Below are positions 1 to 11,207 of a stretch of 64,000 nucleotides of DNA, piece after piece. Below the pieces are notes generated by a model. It was not told the DNA's origin, ran no database searches, and worked only from the letters and a program-made list of their open reading frames with translations. Source of the DNA: Utricularia gibba (lineage: Eukaryota; Plantae; Magnoliophyta). The stretch spans positions 6,076,001-6,140,000 of the forward strand of contig CM007990.1 in the NCBI GenBank assembly GCA_002189035.1. Direction: 5' to 3'. Position numbers and translations under genes: made by a program. Position 1 is the stretch's first letter. Every line of letters begins with the position of its first letter.

Positions 1-275
1 CTTTTCACACCAGGGGGCTGCCCAGCCGAAGCTCCTTCTAAGCTTACAAATGGAGCCTGAGTTTGATTCTCAGATTTCCTTCTCATGTTAACACGTAAAG
101 ATGGTTTATGAACACCCCGCCGCCGCAGGCGTGTCCTCAAAACAGACATCATTGTGCAAAAAACAAACTTCTCATATAAAAAAGTTTGGGATGCATTTAC
201 ACCCTTTAATATGAAAGCATCCAAAGCATGCGATCCAAAAAAGTAATTGCAAGAAAGCAAACTGAAGAGCCTTTT

Positions 276-1204
276 CTAGGGCAAGGCTCTTGGGGGCAGA
301 AGGACGACGACGCCCGTGATCGTGGAGGTGTAGCCCGTAAGTCGCAAAGGGAGAGGTAACAGTTTTCCATCGACCGGGCTCCGTCGGCAAAGGGCAATCC
401 CATGAATCCCCAACTCTTCCTCTATCTTCCACAACAACTCCACCACGCTGCTTCCTTTGAAGTTGATGGTGAACTCTCCCAGGGCCTCGTGAATCTTTCC
501 CCTTTCAGAAAACTTGAAGTGAACTGTAATCTCCCTCTCCTCGGATATTTCCAAGGCTTCATCATGCTCCAGGGAATCACATTGGCTTTCCTGCAATGTT
601 GGAAGCATATTAAATACGTGTCTAGGGCTTCTATTTCGATTTGACTCTTATGTGAAAAACAATAGATCACCTCATCTGAGGGAGAGTTGGAAGAATGGCT
701 TCTTGCTGGCGAATGGAGGTCCGCTGAATCATAGTTCTGCGGCGGAGGGGACTCGGGCGGGATGAATTCGACAACTTCTATCTCCCATGAAGCGGAGTCA
801 TGCGGCGTCGCTTTAGGAGGAATACCATGCGCAACAAAATTATGCCACGGCGGGGGAAGCCCCTGACTCGCCTTAAGTAGACTCCCTTCCGTCGACCTAA
901 GCCTTATTCCGCCGTTATCAAAATACGGCTCCCAGACGGCGGAGCCCTCGATGCTATCCGGCGTAGACTGCACCACCTTCAGGCCAGTGTTGAAGGGGAG
1001 GTGATCATGGGAGGCTGTGAGATAATTCCCATAGCAACTTTTCAACCGGATGAAGTTTCCTCCCAGAACCTGGACGATCCAATCCACCGATGGGGAGCAT
1101 CCCCGGCGATTCAGGATGACGGATTTGCCGTCATTGTCGGCGAAGAGAAAGAAACCATGGCTGGTTTTCAGACGGACGGACCTTGCGTTGTGGAAGAACT
1201 CCAT
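276..1204 (-). CDS. DUF569 (actin cross-linking/fascin-like) family protein, copy A; 2 exons (671-1204, 276-590)
   Basis: MEFFHNARSVRLKTSHGFFLFADNDGKSV...NFIRLKSCYGNYLTAS is the DUF569 N-terminal pattern. A phase-0 GT-AG intron (591-670) joins it to the C-terminal FKGSSVVELL...RSPVDGKLLPL domain. Confidence 0.85.
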
Positions 1205-1452
1205 GGAGGAAACTTCAGGCGGGAGATTGGAGAATAGAGTCCAGTGAGAGAGTAGGAAGTATTTATAGAACTAAGGAGATCCCATAATCTCCCGCCCGGT
1301 AACAGGATATATGTGATAAGGAAATATTTCTTTCCTTGTTTCTGGGGTAAGATACATCCAGTTGTTGTTGACTAGGTCAGATTTCTTTCCTTGTTTCGTG
1401 TCTACTTATCTACAAATTAAATTTGAATACCGAACAACGATTTTCTCCCGCG

Positions 1453-2319
1453 TTATTTTATAACCGCAACGAGATCCACAGTAAGAAGATGTCTCTTGTA
1501 TTTTGTATTGATGTGAATCAATCCATTGAATTTACATAACAAGGTATAGAATTTGGCCAAGGAGGCCGAGACAACAACATGAATGCTGCTAATGAATGCA
1601 GGAATCGCCCTTCGGGCAGCTGCTGAGGTTTCCCTCCCCGTCCGGGTCTCGCCTAACTGGAAATGGAGATGGCCGCCACGGAGTCGAATGAGTTCTTCTG
1701 GAGCCATGACTAACGAAAACCCTAATTCACAAATGACCGAACGATGTGACCTTGGGGGGAGTTCCTTTATTTGGGGACTGTGGGGTTTCAGAAGTAGGGT
1801 TAGGGTTCGCATGATCATCTGATGATAACAAGAGAATGTGAGTACCTGGTAATCTGTTGGCGGCCGGGGGATGGCCACTATGATATCCAGTACGTGCACC
1901 TCCCACAGAGCGCCATGACGGGGCGTCGTTTTACGAGGAGCGCGATGCGTTACGGAATTCCTCCATGGCGGGGGAACCCCTAGATTTGCCTGCAGAAATC
2001 TCCCTCCCATTGTCCTCAGCTGAATCCTGCCGTTTTCATGAACCGGCTCCCAGTGGACCCCGCCGTGCAAACGATCGGTCGAGGACTGCGTTACTCTACG
2101 GCCGGTGTGGAGGGGGAAATGGTGGTCGGAGGCAGTGAGATATTTGCCGTAGCAACTCTTCAATCGGATGAAGTCGCCTGCAAACTCGACTTGCCAACGT
2201 GCCGGTGGAGAGGCGCCGTGGCCGCTGTGGACGACAGACGCCTCGTCTTCGTCGGCGAATAGAAAGCGATTATGGCCGACTTTCAGGCGGATCAATCTCG
2301 CCATCTTCAGCAAGTCCAT
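1453..2319 (-). CDS. DUF569 family protein, copy B (tandem paralog, diverged C-terminus)
   Basis: MDLLKMARLIRLKVGHNRFLFADEDEASV...DFIRLKSCYGKYLTAS aligns to copy A. ATG at 2319. GT donor at 1845; the downstream exon boundary is uncertain. Confidence 0.72.
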   Translation of the reverse strand: MDLLKMARLIRLKVGHNRFLFADEDEASVVHSGHGASPPARWQVEFAGDFIRLKSCYGKYLTASDHHFPLHTGRRVTQSSTDRLHGGVHWEPVHENGRIQLRTMGGRFLQANLGVPPPWRNSVTHRAPRKTTPRHGALWEVHVLDIIVAIPRPPTDYQVLTFSCYHQMIMRTLTLLLKPHSPQIKELPPRSHRSVICELGFSLVMAPEELIRLRGGHLHFQLGETRTGRETSAAARRAIPAFISSIHVVVSASLAKFYTLLCKFNGLIHINTKYKRHLLTVDLVAVIK

Positions 2320-2437
2320 TGCTGAAAAGCTAGGAGTTCTCAAAAATGGCGATGGAGACCTGAGATTGTGACCCCCGGCCCCGGAAGTACTTATATGAGA
2401 AGTAAGCTGAGATGGAGGCAACAGTATCTTTCAGTGC

Positions 2438-2545
2438 TTGGGCCCAGTTGTGAACCGGACCGGCCCAAGTTCATAGTTTAGGCCGTGGCGTTGGGCCCAG
2501 TCCGGTATGAAAAGCTTAATAATATTTCAGAGCGTGGGGCCCACG
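2438..2545. promoter_or_regulatory. Site II/TCP-type GGGCCC elements in the divergent DUF569B / LRK10L promoter
   Basis: TTGGGCCCAGT occurs twice (2438-2448, 2491-2501), with GGCCCA near 2462 and GGGGCCCAC near 2536, in a ~360 bp head-to-head spacer. Confidence 0.45.
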
Positions 2546-2677
2546 ATTTCCCGAAGTTCATTTCTGATCTTTTGTCCTCCACGACTTCACGGGGCCGCAG
2601 CGGAAACATCTTTTCTTCTGTTTCTCTTTTGTCTTCACACTTCACGTCCAGTTGATGACCTCCGGCGTCGTCTCCCC

Positions 2678-4645
2678 ATGCCTCCACCGACAATCCCCGC
2701 GGTTCCCGTAATCTTCTTCTTCTTCTTCTTATTCTTGATTCCATTTTCACTGTCTACGGCGGCGGAAGTATCCCATTCATGCTCCGCTCTGGCGTCGATG
2801 ACCAAGTGCTCGCCTTTCTCTTCTCCGCTGCCTTTCCCCTTCTCCAGTTCCCCCGGCTGTGGCCACCCCCATTTCCGAATTCTCTGCTCGGCGAACTCCA
2901 CGGCGGCGATTTTAATCAATAATCTCTCGTTTTCCGTCATTCATTACGACCCTAACGCCACCTCACTCACAATCTCTCTAGCTTCGATCCCACACGGTGA
3001 ATCCGGTGACTGCTCTTCTTCATCTTCCGTTTCCTCTCTTGGTAAGCCCATTTCCTTTTCTGGGTCACCGTTCCGGGTCTCCGATTCGTCGTGCTCTCGT
3101 CTCTCCGTTCTCCGCCCTTGCGAAACCCCGGATCTTTCCAATTGCACCGCTTGTCCTTGGGAGTGCAAGCTTATCAAAAACCCTGCACACCTTATTCGCG
3201 ATTGTGGTGGGTTCTCCACGCGCCGCCACGAAGCTTTTCAGCCGGAATGCCCAAATGACGTACTCGGGGTTCTTGATAGAATGCTGAAAATTGGGTTGGA
3301 AGTTGAGTGGGATGGAAATCAAGACCCGTATTTCTCAAGCTGCGAAACTTGCACAAATTCTAATGGATTATGTGGGTACAATTCTTCTGATCCAAGGAAA
3401 CCATTCCTCTGCTACTCGCCCTTAGGAAGAATCCATCGTCAGGGTCCCAATACTATCGCCATTTACACCATAACCTTCCTATTTCTCTGTATTTTGATAG
3501 CTCTGTTCCTCGGCTTCGCAATTTTTCGGTCTAAGGCAATGTACTCCCTTGATGAGGATCCCACTATTACTTTCCTCCGGCGCCACCGCTCCTCCCGCCT
3601 ACTTCCTCCGGTCTTTACATTCGAGGAGCTTGATTCATCGACCGATCACTTTGACTCCAAAAGAAAAATCGGAGACGGAGGTTTTGGGTCTGTTTATTTA
3701 GGCCATCTTCGTGATAATCGTCTAGTTGCAGTGAAGTTTCTTCATAAACATGCCTCTGGTGGAGACTCAGCGGCAAGGGGCAACTCCAAGAAGTCATTTT
3801 GCAATGAGATTTTGATATTGTCATCAATTAACCATCCAAATCTGGTTAAGCTTCATGGATATTGCTGTGATCCAAGGGGACTTCTCCTGGTTTATGATTT
3901 TGTTCCCAACGGTACTCTTGCTGATCATATTCATGGTTCAGTTGGCAAGAAAGGGATTTTGCCGTGGATCACTAGGGTTGACATGGCCTTCCAAACAGCT
4001 GTGGCTATTGAATACCTTCATTTCTCTGTGATCCCACCTATTGTTCATAGAGACATTACTTCCTCCAACATCTTTGTTGAGAAAGACATGAGAGTGAAGC
4101 TAGGCGATTTTGGGCTATCTAGACTTCTAGTTCTCCCTGAATCAGCAGCGGAATCCGAGAAATTTTCCAGTAGCAGTATTTGGACAGGGCCTCAGGGTAC
4201 ACCAGGATACTTAGATCCTGATTACTATCAATCATTCATGCTGAATGAAAAGAGCGACATTTACAGTTTTGGCGTGGTGCTGCTAGAGCTGGTAACTGGA
4301 ATGAAGGCTGTAGATGCACAGCGGGAGAAAAGGGAAGTGGCGCTTGTGGATTTGGTGGTGCCTAGAATTCAAAAGGGGGCGTTGGAAGAAGTCGTGGATC
4401 CTGTTCTGGTGATGGATGAAGAGGTGATGCGAGGAGTGAGTGCCGTTGCAGAGCTTGCTTTCCGGTGTGTCGCCACGGATAAAGACGACCGGCCAGATGC
4501 ACGGGAGGTGGCAGCTGAGCTGAAGAGAATCAAGTGCCACTGTCATGGCGGGAGTGGATTGTTGAGAGGTCCAAGCTGTAGCAGCAATGCAGTGGTTCCT
4601 GACGAAGCTGGAATAGCAGCGCAGCAGCTGCCGTGCAAGACTTGA
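2678..4645 (+). CDS. LRK10L1.5: LRK10L/WAK-associated receptor-like Ser/Thr kinase, intronless (At1g69910-like)
   Basis: Signal peptide; Cys-rich GUB_WAK ectodomain (PFPFSSSPGCGHPHFRILC, SPFRVSDSSCSRLS, EVEWDGNQDPYF); TM helix; kinase motifs GDGGFGSVY, VAVK, HRDITSSN, DFG, GTPGYLDP. The ATG at 2678 precedes the signal peptide. Confidence 0.92.
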   Translation: MPPPTIPAVPVIFFFFFLFLIPFSLSTAAEVSHSCSALASMTKCSPFSSPLPFPFSSSPGCGHPHFRILCSANSTAAILINNLSFSVIHYDPNATSLTISLASIPHGESGDCSSSSSVSSLGKPISFSGSPFRVSDSSCSRLSVLRPCETPDLSNCTACPWECKLIKNPAHLIRDCGGFSTRRHEAFQPECPNDVLGVLDRMLKIGLEVEWDGNQDPYFSSCETCTNSNGLCGYNSSDPRKPFLCYSPLGRIHRQGPNTIAIYTITFLFLCILIALFLGFAIFRSKAMYSLDEDPTITFLRRHRSSRLLPPVFTFEELDSSTDHFDSKRKIGDGGFGSVYLGHLRDNRLVAVKFLHKHASGGDSAARGNSKKSFCNEILILSSINHPNLVKLHGYCCDPRGLLLVYDFVPNGTLADHIHGSVGKKGILPWITRVDMAFQTAVAIEYLHFSVIPPIVHRDITSSNIFVEKDMRVKLGDFGLSRLLVLPESAAESEKFSSSSIWTGPQGTPGYLDPDYYQSFMLNEKSDIYSFGVVLLELVTGMKAVDAQREKREVALVDLVVPRIQKGALEEVVDPVLVMDEEVMRGVSAVAELAFRCVATDKDDRPDAREVAAELKRIKCHCHGGSGLLRGPSCSSNAVVPDEAGIAAQQLPCKT

Positions 4646-4711
4646 ATGAAGAAAATGCTTGCAACTCTGGGATGTCTCATTCTGGTTGTGTTTCTCGAGG
4701 CTAATAGCAAC

Positions 4712-4732
4712 TATATATATATATATATATAT
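4712..4732. repeat. (TA)10 microsatellite in the 3'UTR region
   Basis: tatatatatatatatatatat read directly. Confidence 0.95.
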
Positions 4733-4933
4733 CTTGACTACAGCAACGCACTTCCCCCCACCGCATAGAATCTTCGTCAGTAAACATGCTTCATCCATTG
4801 TATCAGTAGTATATACAATGTGCACACGAAAGCCGCAACCCCGATGGGTTTACTATCAGTAAACCCTTTGAGCGGCGGGGATCTTATTGAAGTCAACAAG
4901 CAGCAGGAACCCATCGATCGCACAGTTACAACC

Positions 4934-7732
4934 TTAGGCGAAGTATGCAGCTTCTAACTCGCGGGCTTTCTTACCACAACTCGCAGCCTCTTCACTTCCT
5001 GACATGTTATAAGCTTTCCCCTGCACAAAAGTTTCGGCGGGTAAGCACGCGTGCTGAAATACTCTCGGATTCCATACACATTTCAGTAAGTCTGCAACGC
5101 AAAAGCGGACAGGATATTTACCAGAAGAGACCACAAGAATGGTGAACGTTCCCGTTGCTTCAGTTGTTTCTTAATAGCTTGTATTGCTTCAGACACGGAG
5201 ATATGTGGTTAGTGAACATGGAAAATGATCATGTCCTGATGCTCTAGTGCTTATTCAGAAGTGTGTCAGCATTGTTTTTGGTGTAGAAAAGGAAACGACT
5301 TTTAAGGTTTTTCTTGATAAGAAGATGAAGCAAGCTCCCACAGGATTTGCCTCGATCTCCAAACTATTAATACCTGCTTGGGGTTCCCCAGAATTAATGA
5401 GCAATCTGATGTGCAAGAGGATGAATACGTCAAGCTGTTCATCAGACGCACCAATCATCTACACACGGGGAAAAGATGATCCTCCACCGTTCTGCTTCAT
5501 CATAAGAATGGAATTTCAGAGGCTTTTGCTCAAGTTACCTTGTACTCTTGGGCATTGAATTCATGCCCAAGAAGCTCCAAAGCTTTCCTGTTGTTGCCCC
5601 TTCCATACTCATAGACAGCTTCTGCAAGCTACAACATTAACAGACACGCTGAATAGCGGAGGACTGACTCCAATACGAAAACTAAAGAGCATGGCGGAGC
5701 AAAACAAACCAATATTGGTCTTTTCATCAGTAGTTGTTTCTTCTTGGTCATCAAGGAAAACCTGTAACAGAAGATATTATATTAAACAAAAGCGTCAGTG
5801 TGCCTCAGAACAACAAGTTTTTGATGATAGTAAGATCAGCAACCACCTTGATTTCAAGCTATTCAGTAGATCTTCAGCTTCAATTTTTCCCGTATGCGAT
5901 AAGCCCCAGAGTATCATAATGTCGAGGTGTAACTCAATAAACCAAAGGGTCTGAGACGTAAAAGTTTCATCAAACAATGAAGGACTGGTTGATTGTGGAT
6001 AGCCAAATGAACTTAAGCTAAAGGAGAAGGATAACTAATCATACGCGATCCGTAATACGCTCTGATAAATCCATCAAACGATCTCCAAACACATGAAGGC
6101 CATCTCGAAGGTGCACATGAAGAAGCAAACCGAGAGTGTGCAAGTGCACCTAAAGGAGTAGATGTGAGGAGAGTCAATGAATTCAAGAAATATTTCCAAA
6201 AATCAGCAATTGGTATCAAGACAGACCTCAGCTGGTGTAGCATCTCTTCTCTCCAGTTCTTTACATATTCGTTCATCATAAATATATCGAGCTTTTTCCA
6301 ATGGGGCAAGGCCTTCCATGTAGCAAAGAGCAACATGCCACCAGTTGTGGGTATACCTATCAGACAGCAGCCCTACTCAGCAGGTTGCACATGAGAACAA
6401 ATTTCTATTAACAACAGCAAAAGCTTTTACGGCATACATAAAAGATAGTAAGGAATTCCATGTGCTCGAACAATCTTCCATGAACTCTACAGCTTCTCTG
6501 AAACGACACTGGTACTGATAAACATGGCAAAGCTGCATGTACAACAGAAAACCATGAGCATACTGAAGGAGAGTATTTCTAGATCATACTAAATGATACA
6601 GAATCCAATTTCGAATACGTCATGGCCTATTCATATTTCTAATTATGTCTAGAATCAAGTCAAACTCACAGCATGCTGAGACCACGCATCATTCATGTTG
6701 ATCTTAAAACCTTTTTTTCCAGCTTCCTCTGCATCTTCCATTCGGCCAAGCTCCAATAATGGAAAGGCAAGCATTCCGTATATATAATGTTCATTGTCAT
6801 TTATAGGCAGAACCTGTTGATGTAATGATAAAGGCAGAAACACCAATATTGATGAAAGCAAAAAGAAGTTAGTAGCAATTTTGTGTTTGCAAGTAAAAAA
6901 CATTATGAGAATCACAGAAGGTGAATCTAGCACATCTATGAAATAAACCAAATCACATCACTTAGTTTGGTTTCTGGAATACTTGTAGCACCTGCTCTAC
7001 GAGCTTCAGTGAAATATCTGGTCGGCCCATATAAAAGCACACAATTTGAACTCTCTTCAGTGAGGCAAGATCTCTTGGAAAATCTTTCAAAAGCTGCAGC
7101 CAATGCCTTCAAGGCCTAAGAGACTAATTTGAACAGATTCACCAACCACAATCAGAAGCTTAACAATGAAAATCACCTTCGCATACAGCTCCACCACCAA
7201 ATCATCATCTCTTTCTGGGGACAACGAGTATGCAACAGCTTCATATACTGCCTTCTCATACGCAGTAGCATGCTCCTGAATAGCATCAGCAGTAACATGA
7301 GAATTCACAACAAGAAAACGTTGGAGCTGAAAAAAGAACCCAGTATAAGATGCCATCAAGGTTCTTACGAGATTAGACTTGGCAGCATCGACTAAAGTAG
7401 AGGCTCGAGAAGGATCATTCCAACTGAGAAAACTGGCAGCCAAAATGTTCCCAAGAACACACTCAGGATCACTCTTCGGAGCATCAAGTATGACTGACCT
7501 TTTCCTTCCATAACTAAGCACCTGCGCCGAAAGCCCATGTTTAATTTGAATAAACACAAAAGAAAAAGATGTGCATCACCGATCTCCAATTGCTCGCTCA
7601 TATGCCACCGTCTGAGAAGAGGCATGAAAATGCGGGTACCTCTTGATAGTAAGAATTGATGGCCGATATACAGGAATCCGAACAAGTGTTGACTTGGTAA
7701 CCCCATCTGTCCAATTTCGTTTCCGGTGCCAT
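4934..7732 (-). CDS. TTC38: Tetratricopeptide repeat protein 38-like, multi-exon
   Basis: Exons give MAPETKLDRWGYQVNTCSDSCISAINSYYQE, QVLSYGRKRSVILDA, YIYGMLAFPLLELGRMEDAEEAGKKG, CHVYQYQCRFREAVEFME and THNWWHVALCYMEG, matching the plant TTC38 family. The last exon ends ARELEAAYFA*. Confidence 0.85.
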
Positions 7733-7848
7733 CCTTTGATCTCAGGTTTGTTTCCTTCTCGGAGATAAGAAAGATTCAACAAATTCAAGATAAAGATCGA
7801 GTCTTGACAGCGTGTACCTGTAGGCCAACGTCACGCTGCCATCTATGT

Positions 7849-8872
7849 CTACCCCCTACCCCTCCCTTTTTTTTTAGTATTTATCAATTCAAAGTAATTA
7901 ATTACGTATGAATGGAATCGAATCGGTATCTTGATTATCTTTGCGTTGCTTCTTCCGACCCAGCCGATGAAGAAGACAATCTTGTCCTTGAGTGTATCGG
8001 TTTCCGGCATGAAATCCAAGACGGCGGCGTCGGAGGCAAAATCCAGAGCCCACCGGAACAACTTAGGCGTTTCGGTCGCATTGATCAGATCCACGCACCG
8101 TAATTCGTTTATAACCCTAACCCAACCGAGAAAACACCCCACGGCAACATCCAGGTAACCAATTCTTTCGCCGCCGAAAAATTTCTCCCCTTTGCTTATT
8201 TCGACAAACGCAACGATTTCCCCTCCTACGCTTCACCCGCCTTCGTCGCTAGTTCTTCATTCTCCGCCGGGAACCACTGTAGCAATGAAATGCGTGTGAT
8301 TCAGGGACCTCTACAACAATATTTATAGCAGTATAATATAGCCGTTGAGAGTTTTAGAAGTGTTGGTTGTATTTGCCCTAATATTCTAAATTGTAATGAT
8401 GGCAAATCAATTAATGTGTTGATTGGGTAGGCATCTGGGTCGTCGTCCAATATCTGGCTTCTTGTTAAGAGTGTGGTTCAGGATTAGTTTGTAGAGGGTT
8501 CAAAACAAAAAATCCCAAATTACTTCTTAGTCATTTTTCCATTCGTTTCTTGTGAGGGTGGCGTTTGAAATTAATCAGGTAAACCTGCATCCTTCTTCTT
8601 TGCTTCTCCGATCAGGATGAGAAGGGAGGATGGCGGGATGGGATGGCCAAACTTCATCCATATATTGAAGAATGATTAGAGATTCGGCGATGGATGAGAA
8701 CTGGGACTTTTTTGTGGACGGACGGGGTTGGATTTGAGGAGGAGATCGCTTTTGCTCCCATGTTTTCCTCCGGGAATTCGTAGCTGACGCACTTGATCCT
8801 CAGGGCTGTGTGCACCCTCATCACCACGGGACTTGCCCAGTGACCCAGAAGAGACACCTCCTTGTGATCCAT
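7849..8872 (-). pseudogene. Tau-class glutathione S-transferase pseudogene
   Basis: Fragments EVSLLGHWASP, SKSDLLLKSNP, VHKKVPVLIH, ESLIILQYMDEVWP and KFFGGERIGYLDVAVGCFLGW...MPETD lie in different frames. It has a 4-nt GTCC duplication, a ~14-nt deletion, loss of the ARFWA helix and an in-frame TAG in exon 2. Confidence 0.85.
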
Positions 8873-9454
8873 CTGAACTAAAGCAAAATACAATGGTAGA
8901 TAAACACAGACGAATCAATAGCTTGGAGCAGGGGAAAAGGGCAAGTAAGTGGGTCCACAGTTGACTTGACTCCATCTACTCAAATGCAGGCTGGTGGCCA
9001 TCTCCATTGCTTGTTTACTCAAGTGTACAAAGGTATCGGATTTGACAGAGATTCCACAGGGAGGACCAATGTGCCATCACACAAATGCAGGTGGTGTTGC
9101 TGTGGATGCCATTCCAGGGTCATCCTCATTCTTGATGTGTGGAGCTTTCTCTACTCCTGACCCTTCTGTCATTCGTTTCAGAAAAGTTCTCTCTTCTAGT
9201 GCATATGGGCATCATGTATTTTGACCTGTGCAACGTGGCTCGCTTTATTCATTCCGTGGAAGAAGCCATGAATGGATGGGATCCCCCCGAGTTCTGAACG
9301 TGGTTGGCATGGTTCTTAGCCTGTACATTACATTCATGCACACATACACTGCATATACAATAGCATTTTTTTTTTTGCGACATAGATAGATAGATATCTA
9401 GAGCACTCAGGGAACGAGCTTCGATCCACAACATCAACAAACCAGAGTTGCCTG

Positions 9455-10446
9455 TCAGGCAACGGTTATGATGCTCTCCCCACCGCTCTCCTTGTAGGCA
9501 CCTGGGATCGCTTGGAATGCCGATGCGTGTCGAGCGGGCGATCCTTGCTGACTCGAATGTTGTTCGTGAATGGATTCCGGGGTGGAGTAGGCATACTGAG
9601 TGGCAGAGGTGATGCAGGGGTGAGGGATGTTGCCTTGTTTAGGTGTAAATTTGCAAGCTTGGAAGACGGGGGAGAATAGGAATTGGCCTTATGGGCTTGG
9701 GGGAATCGCTGGGTTGAGCGAAGATGACCTTTGGTGGAACAAAAACAGGACTGATTGCCACAGGAAGAGATGGTGTGGGAAGACCGTCAAAGCTTTTGGG
9801 GTTGGCTTCATCTGCCGTGGTATCCATAACCTGATCAAAGCAAACACAGGGAACGAAGAATGCGCAATTTTAGGTAAAATCGGAGGCCGAATCCTAGCCA
9901 ACAAGCACCGGATACTCAACTGTTTATGCTGGTGCAAGAAATGAATGATACTTACCGAGTCAGTTGTGATGTCAAAGAGGCTAGACCTCCGGCGGCGCCG
10001 GGTATGGTTGCTCCGACGAAGGAAATACTTCTGGGCGTGGCTGGCAACCTGGGTAGGCGTTCTTGTTTTCACGTAATTCCTGGAAATCCCTCTCCAATCA
10101 CCTTTCCCAACTCTCTGCAACCCCAACAAGAACCGCCTGTGCTCCTCTTCACTCCATGGAACACCTGATCTCCAATTCAAACCCAACCTTCATCCCTGAT
10201 CCACAAATCAGAGCGATGAATGAATAAGGTCAACCCACCTTTTTTGCGGTCGCGATTGCCAGCGGACGGATAAACGACGTCGTCGGAGTCATAACCACCG
10301 GCATCGTCGAGGTTGGATTCGCGGCGCTGCGAATCGAATTGTGCCAGATTGCTCAAACTAGCGCTCTTCCTAAAGGATCCTTCCGTTAAAACCTTGACGC
10401 CAAACAACATGAAGCCCTCGGAGCATTTGCCTTGGACATCCGCCAT
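9455..10446 (-). CDS. MYB-related SHAQKYF (1R-MYB, MYBS3/KUA1 group) transcription factor; 3 exons, two apparent -1 frameshifts in the last exon
   Basis: [31 protein letters not shown]...[13 protein letters not shown] and [10 protein letters not shown]. The conserved end ARHASAFQ...ESIITVA* is reached only after adding one C at each of two runs (plus-strand G runs 9668-9672 and 9579-9582). Confidence 0.9.
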
Positions 10447-11207
10447 GGTCGCGACAGAGAAACTTCCGAGACGTGGAGAAGACGGACTGGGAATTTGGAG
10501 GAGGAGCAGGGGATGATGGGTGGGTGTTGGTCCGTCAGATTGGGCAAAGCGTGGGTGTGTAGATCGAATCGGTGAAGGATTTGTGAAAGGAAGCGGAATC
10601 CTGTTGATTTTATCGGAAACTGGATATCGACCCGATGAGCGATGAAATTAAATCAATGTTTGTAAGTTTGAAGGAGCACGGGCACGGGGGGTGAGGTGTG
10701 ACGGCCTCCTGAGCTCGTCTCTCGTTTTCAGGGAAAAGGCGAGTGGGGGAATAAAAGACAGCAGGAGCAGAAGCAGCAGCATTATCTTTGTATCAGTTCG
10801 TTATGTGGTGGAGGCTGGAGCGTCACTCTCAGCCATTGGAATCGAATATTCCGAGACAGACAGACGGCATGGCATGCATGCTTCTGGATATGGTACACCA
10901 ACAACGCGGAGGCCCGGCCCGAACCGCCCCAACCTCCTGGGAATATCCGGCGCAACATCCATGGATGAATCTTCCAGAGGGGAGGGGTAGAAGTGATCAA
11001 GTCAGTAATTGTTGCCCTCCCGTTCAAACTTCAGACAAGACAAAATCCCTGCTCTCACGCGTATACTATATTCCGACAGACGTGTATCCCATGTATTGTT
11101 GTATTTACAACTTCGCTTTTAGACGACGCGCTGTCTTCCGGCTTTTACAGGGGGCTGCCTGCCTGCCACCTAATTGATTTGTCTCGCGGAACCAAAAGTG
11201 GAGCGGG

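Noticed and set aside
1-90. Possible 3' end of a plus-strand gene at the window edge (e.g. ...PAEAPSKLTNGA*)
   Set aside because: Too short to assign a frame or family.
1796-1807. AGGGTTAGGGTT telomere-like repeat
   Set aside because: Only two units, inside the DUF569B intron/ORF; not an interstitial array.
2507-2677. 57-aa in-frame N-terminal extension of the receptor kinase
   Set aside because: It overlaps the site II promoter cluster and would bury the signal peptide; the ATG at 2678 fits better.
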